A program made the translations under genes and the position numbers. Shown in pieces: positions 60,239 to 64,000 of a stretch of 64,000 nt of DNA (position 1 is its first letter; the number at the start of each line of letters is the position of its first letter). Origin of the DNA: a bacterium (lineage in GTDB: Bacteria; Zhuqueibacterota; Zhuqueibacteria; Residuimicrobiales; Krinioviventaceae); assembly GCA_963693055.1 (NCBI GenBank), contig OY843751.1, forward strand, positions 3,232,001-3,296,000, given 5' to 3'. The notes under the pieces are model-generated. The model did no database searches. It was not told the DNA's origin and was given only the letters and a program-made list of their open reading frames with translations.

Positions 60239-62059
60239 TTAATTTCGTTTTATAAATATAAAATTTTCCAGAGCTTGAATTTCTACGTTAACGGGACCTG
60301 TTAAATCCAATACTATTCGGGTAAATGGTCCATCGGGATGGAATCCCAACCGGGCACGTATAAAGGGTCCACGATTCAAGGGAATTTCCTTAATGTCTGA
60401 AAGCATATAAACATTGGGTACATCAATAATTAACCGTTCAGGTGAACTAAATGTACGGCTGGTAAATTCTACTTTGCCATTAAAGATTATTTGAATTACC
60501 TGATCGTTAATGGCTTTGACTGTAATCAATGCAGAGCCATTGGGCATTTCGGGTTTTGAATTATTTGTAAACAATTCAAATTCAACACGTCGGTTACGTT
60601 CTCTTCCCTCTTCAGTCGAATTGGGCGCTACGGGTCGCATTTCACCATATCCAATGGGCATGTAGAATTTCTTGTCAGTAAAATGTTTGGTTTCTTTGAG
60701 ATAATTGATCACACTGGTTATACGTTTTTGAGACAGGCGAATATTATACCAATCGGTACCGATACTGTCAGTATGTCCGGAGACATGTACAACTGAATTG
60801 GGATAATTTGCCAGAATGTCTCCCACCTTATTTACAGTGGACTCGTCCGAATCACGAATGTCTGATTTGTCAAAATCAAAGTTGATACGCATACTTACCA
60901 GAATCTTGTTATCTGTTTTTTGCTCGACTTCAATCTTGCCATCACTGTCAGCGGCAATCTGCTGTGCGCGGGCCAAACGACGGGACATTTCATCTTTCAT
61001 TTTATCCAGTTCCATTCGGGACTGACGTGCAGCTTCCAGTTCACGCTGCAGTAATTCATCATAATTATTTTCTTGTTTTTTCCCAACACCAAAATTCAAA
61101 AGAATAGAAAAACGATGGATATCTGCCTCAAGAGCATCTACCGGAGAATAAGCATAATCGATACGTGTTTCTGAATTGGCCAGCCATTCCATAGGAATAT
61201 TTAAACCAAAACCCGCGGATATAGGAGAAGCCGCAACATCATGCAATTGATACCCGGCACGCAAAAATAATAAATCCGACAATATAATTTCACTACCCAT
61301 ATAATAGCGCAGGTTTTCTTTGAGTGTCCAGGCAACATCACCAGCAAAATTTATATTCAAAGACTCTGATTTACCCAGAGTATAACCGGCGCCTAAACGA
61401 AATGTTGTGGGTAAAGGTGAAGACATGTCTCTGAATTTGGCTTTGGTAAGACCAATATTCTGAATGGTTCCACCAAACATAATATCATAAAGTGTAAACT
61501 GGGTGCCCACATCAACTGCAAGAGCCGAGCTCTGTTCACCGGCAAGAGTCTGGCGTAAAAATTTGACATCCGCACCAACACCAAACACATAATCCCACAA
61601 ACCCAGACGAGTACCAAAACCCAGTGAGGCAAGGATATCATCACCTGTTGCGGTTCCACCGGTTTCTCTGAAATTAACATCCATTTCAGTAATAGAACCT
61701 TCATTAAAATAGGTCAAATCCATTCCTATTACACCGTAACGCATGGGAAATGCAAATGCAAAAGAACCCTGCTGTGTATCATCAATCCAGTTATGAAAGT
61801 TCATAGAAAGCATTTCATTAGATAATTGACCCAAGCCACCAATATTGTAACGCATTAGATTCACATCATCTGCAAATGCAGTAAAGGCTTCACCCATAGC
61901 TACTTGTCGGGCAGCCGGGCTGATCTTGAGAAACGGAGCTCCATGATAGCCTATTCCGGAATTAGATGCGCTAATAGCAGTTTGAGCAAGAAATGATATG
62001 AATACACAAATATGAATGAATATGTGTTTTAAATATTTTTTTTGAAATATGGTTTTCAT
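60239..62059 (-). CDS. PorV/PorQ-family barrel fused to coiled coil, OmpA-like and AMIN-like domains
   Basis: PFLKISPAARQVAMGEAF...IDYAY...HRFSILLNFG; INFDFDKS...SGHTDSIG...NIRLSQKR...GYGEMRP...NRRVEF; FSSPERLIIDV...RARLG...TRIVLDL. Confidence 0.85.
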   Translation of the reverse strand: MKTIFQKKYLKHIFIHICVFISFLAQTAISASNSGIGYHGAPFLKISPAARQVAMGEAFTAFADDVNLMRYNIGGLGQLSNEMLSMNFHNWIDDTQQGSFAFAFPMRYGVIGMDLTYFNEGSITEMDVNFRETGGTATGDDILASLGFGTRLGLWDYVFGVGADVKFLRQTLAGEQSSALAVDVGTQFTLYDIMFGGTIQNIGLTKAKFRDMSSPLPTTFRLGAGYTLGKSESLNINFAGDVAWTLKENLRYYMGSEIILSDLLFLRAGYQLHDVAASPISAGFGLNIPMEWLANSETRIDYAYSPVDALEADIHRFSILLNFGVGKKQENNYDELLQRELEAARQSRMELDKMKDEMSRRLARAQQIAADSDGKIEVEQKTDNKILVSMRINFDFDKSDIRDSDESTVNKVGDILANYPNSVVHVSGHTDSIGTDWYNIRLSQKRITSVINYLKETKHFTDKKFYMPIGYGEMRPVAPNSTEEGRERNRRVEFELFTNNSKPEMPNGSALITVKAINDQVIQIIFNGKVEFTSRTFSSPERLIIDVPNVYMLSDIKEIPLNRGPFIRARLGFHPDGPFTRIVLDLTGPVNVEIQALENFIFIKRN

Positions 62060-62104
62060 TTGATCTCCAATACCGTTAAATCTCTATTCGCAATATTCAT
62101 CTAA

Positions 62105-64000
62105 TTATCGAACAACCATGAACTTGCGAAATATAGCGATTTGTTCGGATTGACCGGATTCATCGGTTATCAAGTCTGCGTGTACTTTGAGCCAATACGT
62201 ACCGCTGCTTACTTTGTGACCGCTGTCATTATATAAATCCCACCAGTAATCTACAACACCGTATTTTTCTTTGGGTACAGTACTTCCCGTATCAAAAGAG
62301 AGTGAATTTCCATCAATTTCTTTAACTTTTTCACCGGCAAGTGAATATACCTCTACTTTGCGTACAATCAAAGAACCCGTTGCAGAAGCGACACGCATAC
62401 GAAAATTTGTAGCCGAGTATTCAAAATATGGATTAGGAGCCACTTCAACAACATAAGGCTCTCCACCCAAATCAATCAATACATTGGGTTCGCTCGGCAC
62501 CAGAACTGACCGTGTTAATATCACATTATCAATATATTCTGCCTGTATGCTTCCACCAAAAGAACTTTGCAGTATACCGTCATTAATATCAATACCATTG
62601 GTATTGTCAGTAATAAGAATGCCCTCTCGGTTGATAAAATTACCTGTATTATAGATTCCCTGATTATCCGGAATCTCATACAGGTAAATATCTTCCCGGT
62701 CGAGAGCTGTATTTTTCAACGTAACCTCTAAAGAATCCTGGGTGATGGGATTCAGGTTTTTGTCCATTTCATCGGTAATCCTCACAAAGATAACCTGATC
62801 AAATTCCACCTGACTTAGAGAAACACCCTGATTGTTTTCAATTGTCATATTACCATTTGTTGCCAAAACAACCAATACAGAATCCATCGAGACATCTGTC
62901 ATATCATTAACATCCTGATATATTACCGCAAGTGTATCTCTGTCTACAACCTCGAGTGTATCATTCCCGGGTGTAAATGTTGAAGAAATGATTATAGGAA
63001 TTCCTTCACTGTTTTGAAAAAAAGATTGTTTCAAGTCCAAAGTAACCATTTCCGAATCGCCACTTATACAGGCAGTTACCGGCACATCAAAACTCTGACG
63101 AATGGATTCAAGATTATTATCATCAAGTCTGATAAGTGCCTGATCCATGGTTTGATCATCATCAGGCTCAGTATTTGATGCTAAATAGCCATATGTTTTT
63201 TCGCCTTCAGTGTCAACAAAACGAATAGAAGATGTTGTTGCCTGCACTTCTTCATACACCAGTTTCCACCGAACCAGTGCAGGAGTAATCGCAGAATTCT
63301 TTGTACTGGGATACGCATTCAGATTAATTGAAGTAATCCCCAAAAGCGCGGGTATATTTTCAAGATTTACTGTATTGACACTCTCATCTGTATTCGCAGA
63401 AAACTCGTAAAGTGTGCGGTATGGAGATGTATTTTCAATAATTCTGAACAACAGATCAATAGCACTTCGTTGTACTGCATTATCCGGCAAATCCAGTTCA
63501 CATTCAAAAGTTTTCCAGTTTGGGATCAAAGAGTCGGCATCAGAAACACCAATTGTAGATGCCCAAAAATATGGCTTTGGAGTTACATTCACATTGGTAT
63601 CATAATAATGATATTTCACTGACACACCTTTTAATACAGGTGTATCTTTTGGAGTATCCGTTTGCAGAAAAGCACGGTATTGATATACACTATGTGCTTT
63701 ATGTTTATCTAAAAACAAACGCATACCTGAACTTGTATAAGTTGTAGTGCTGTCTCCACTGGGTCCAATCCAGTCTTGTCTCTGGATATGGTTTACATCC
63801 GTGCCTGATCTGAATTGCATTTCAAGTGAAGTATTGTCACCTGAATTGGTTTCTGCATCCCAAAAGAGTGAGTCAAAATTCACATCTTTATCCAGAACAT
63901 ATAGATCAGATTCTCGCCAGCCGCTTTCAAAACCTATACGAGCAGGAATGATCTTGTTTGCATCATCATCTCGATGCACAATTAAAAGTTTTTCAGAATC
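62105..64000 (-). CDS. Large secreted protein (5' part outside window) ending in a 'PNPY...VVR' sorting-like domain
   Basis: Frame open to the window edge; acidic beta-rich domains; VAPNPY...VYSLAGEKVK...WDLYNDSGHKVSSGTYW...RKFMVVR. Confidence 0.8.
   Translation of the reverse strand, partial: DSEKLLIVHRDDDANKIIPARIGFESGWRESDLYVLDKDVNFDSLFWDAETNSGDNTSLEMQFRSGTDVNHIQRQDWIGPSGDSTTTYTSSGMRLFLDKHKAHSVYQYRAFLQTDTPKDTPVLKGVSVKYHYYDTNVNVTPKPYFWASTIGVSDADSLIPNWKTFECELDLPDNAVQRSAIDLLFRIIENTSPYRTLYEFSANTDESVNTVNLENIPALLGITSINLNAYPSTKNSAITPALVRWKLVYEEVQATTSSIRFVDTEGEKTYGYLASNTEPDDDQTMDQALIRLDDNNLESIRQSFDVPVTACISGDSEMVTLDLKQSFFQNSEGIPIIISSTFTPGNDTLEVVDRDTLAVIYQDVNDMTDVSMDSVLVVLATNGNMTIENNQGVSLSQVEFDQVIFVRITDEMDKNLNPITQDSLEVTLKNTALDREDIYLYEIPDNQGIYNTGNFINREGILITDNTNGIDINDGILQSSFGGSIQAEYIDNVILTRSVLVPSEPNVLIDLGGEPYVVEVAPNPYFEYSATNFRMRVASATGSLIVRKVEVYSLAGEKVKEIDGNSLSFDTGSTVPKEKYGVVDYWWDLYNDSGHKVSSGTYWLKVHADLITDESGQSEQIAIFRKFMVVR

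Overview
AT-rich bacterial chromosomal segment. I infer an FCB-superphylum, non-Bacteroidota lineage such as KSB1/Calditrichota from the many NYPNPFNP-type C-terminal sorting domains, PorV/UPF0164 barrels, canonical Shine-Dalgarno sites and sigma70 promoters. Left to right: a Tat-exported enolase-superfamily gene, marR-doxX, lipoproteins, a chimeric VWA pseudogene and lipid kinase/acyltransferase genes. Next is a ~23 kb pectin-utilisation locus (hybrid two-component sensor, PL1, TonB-dependent receptor, partner protein, PorV-like barrel, 5-repeat secreted protein, PL10, GH28) with no recognisable SusD. Then come lemA/DUF2207, a PKD-GH31, a YncE-phosphoesterase, katG, tRNA-Ala(GGC) and an ISNCY/IS1202-like element. 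The right end has a minus-strand operon (CGU selenolipoprotein, RPH-like dikinase, MrfA-like helicase, MrfB-like exonuclease, AlaX) and a second cargo + PorV-OmpA-AMIN pair. Three observations stand out. (1) The tRNA-Ala 3' trailer is a perfect 22-nt antisense to the RBS/start codon of doxX 46 kb away. (2) Two PorV-like barrels each sit directly behind a protein with a distinct 'PNPY...VVR' C-terminal domain, suggesting dedicated cargo-anchor pairs, one of them in place of SusD. (3) A UGA-recoded lipoprotein has lost its phosphoesterase metal ligands. All calls rest on motif recognition by eye; no searches were run.
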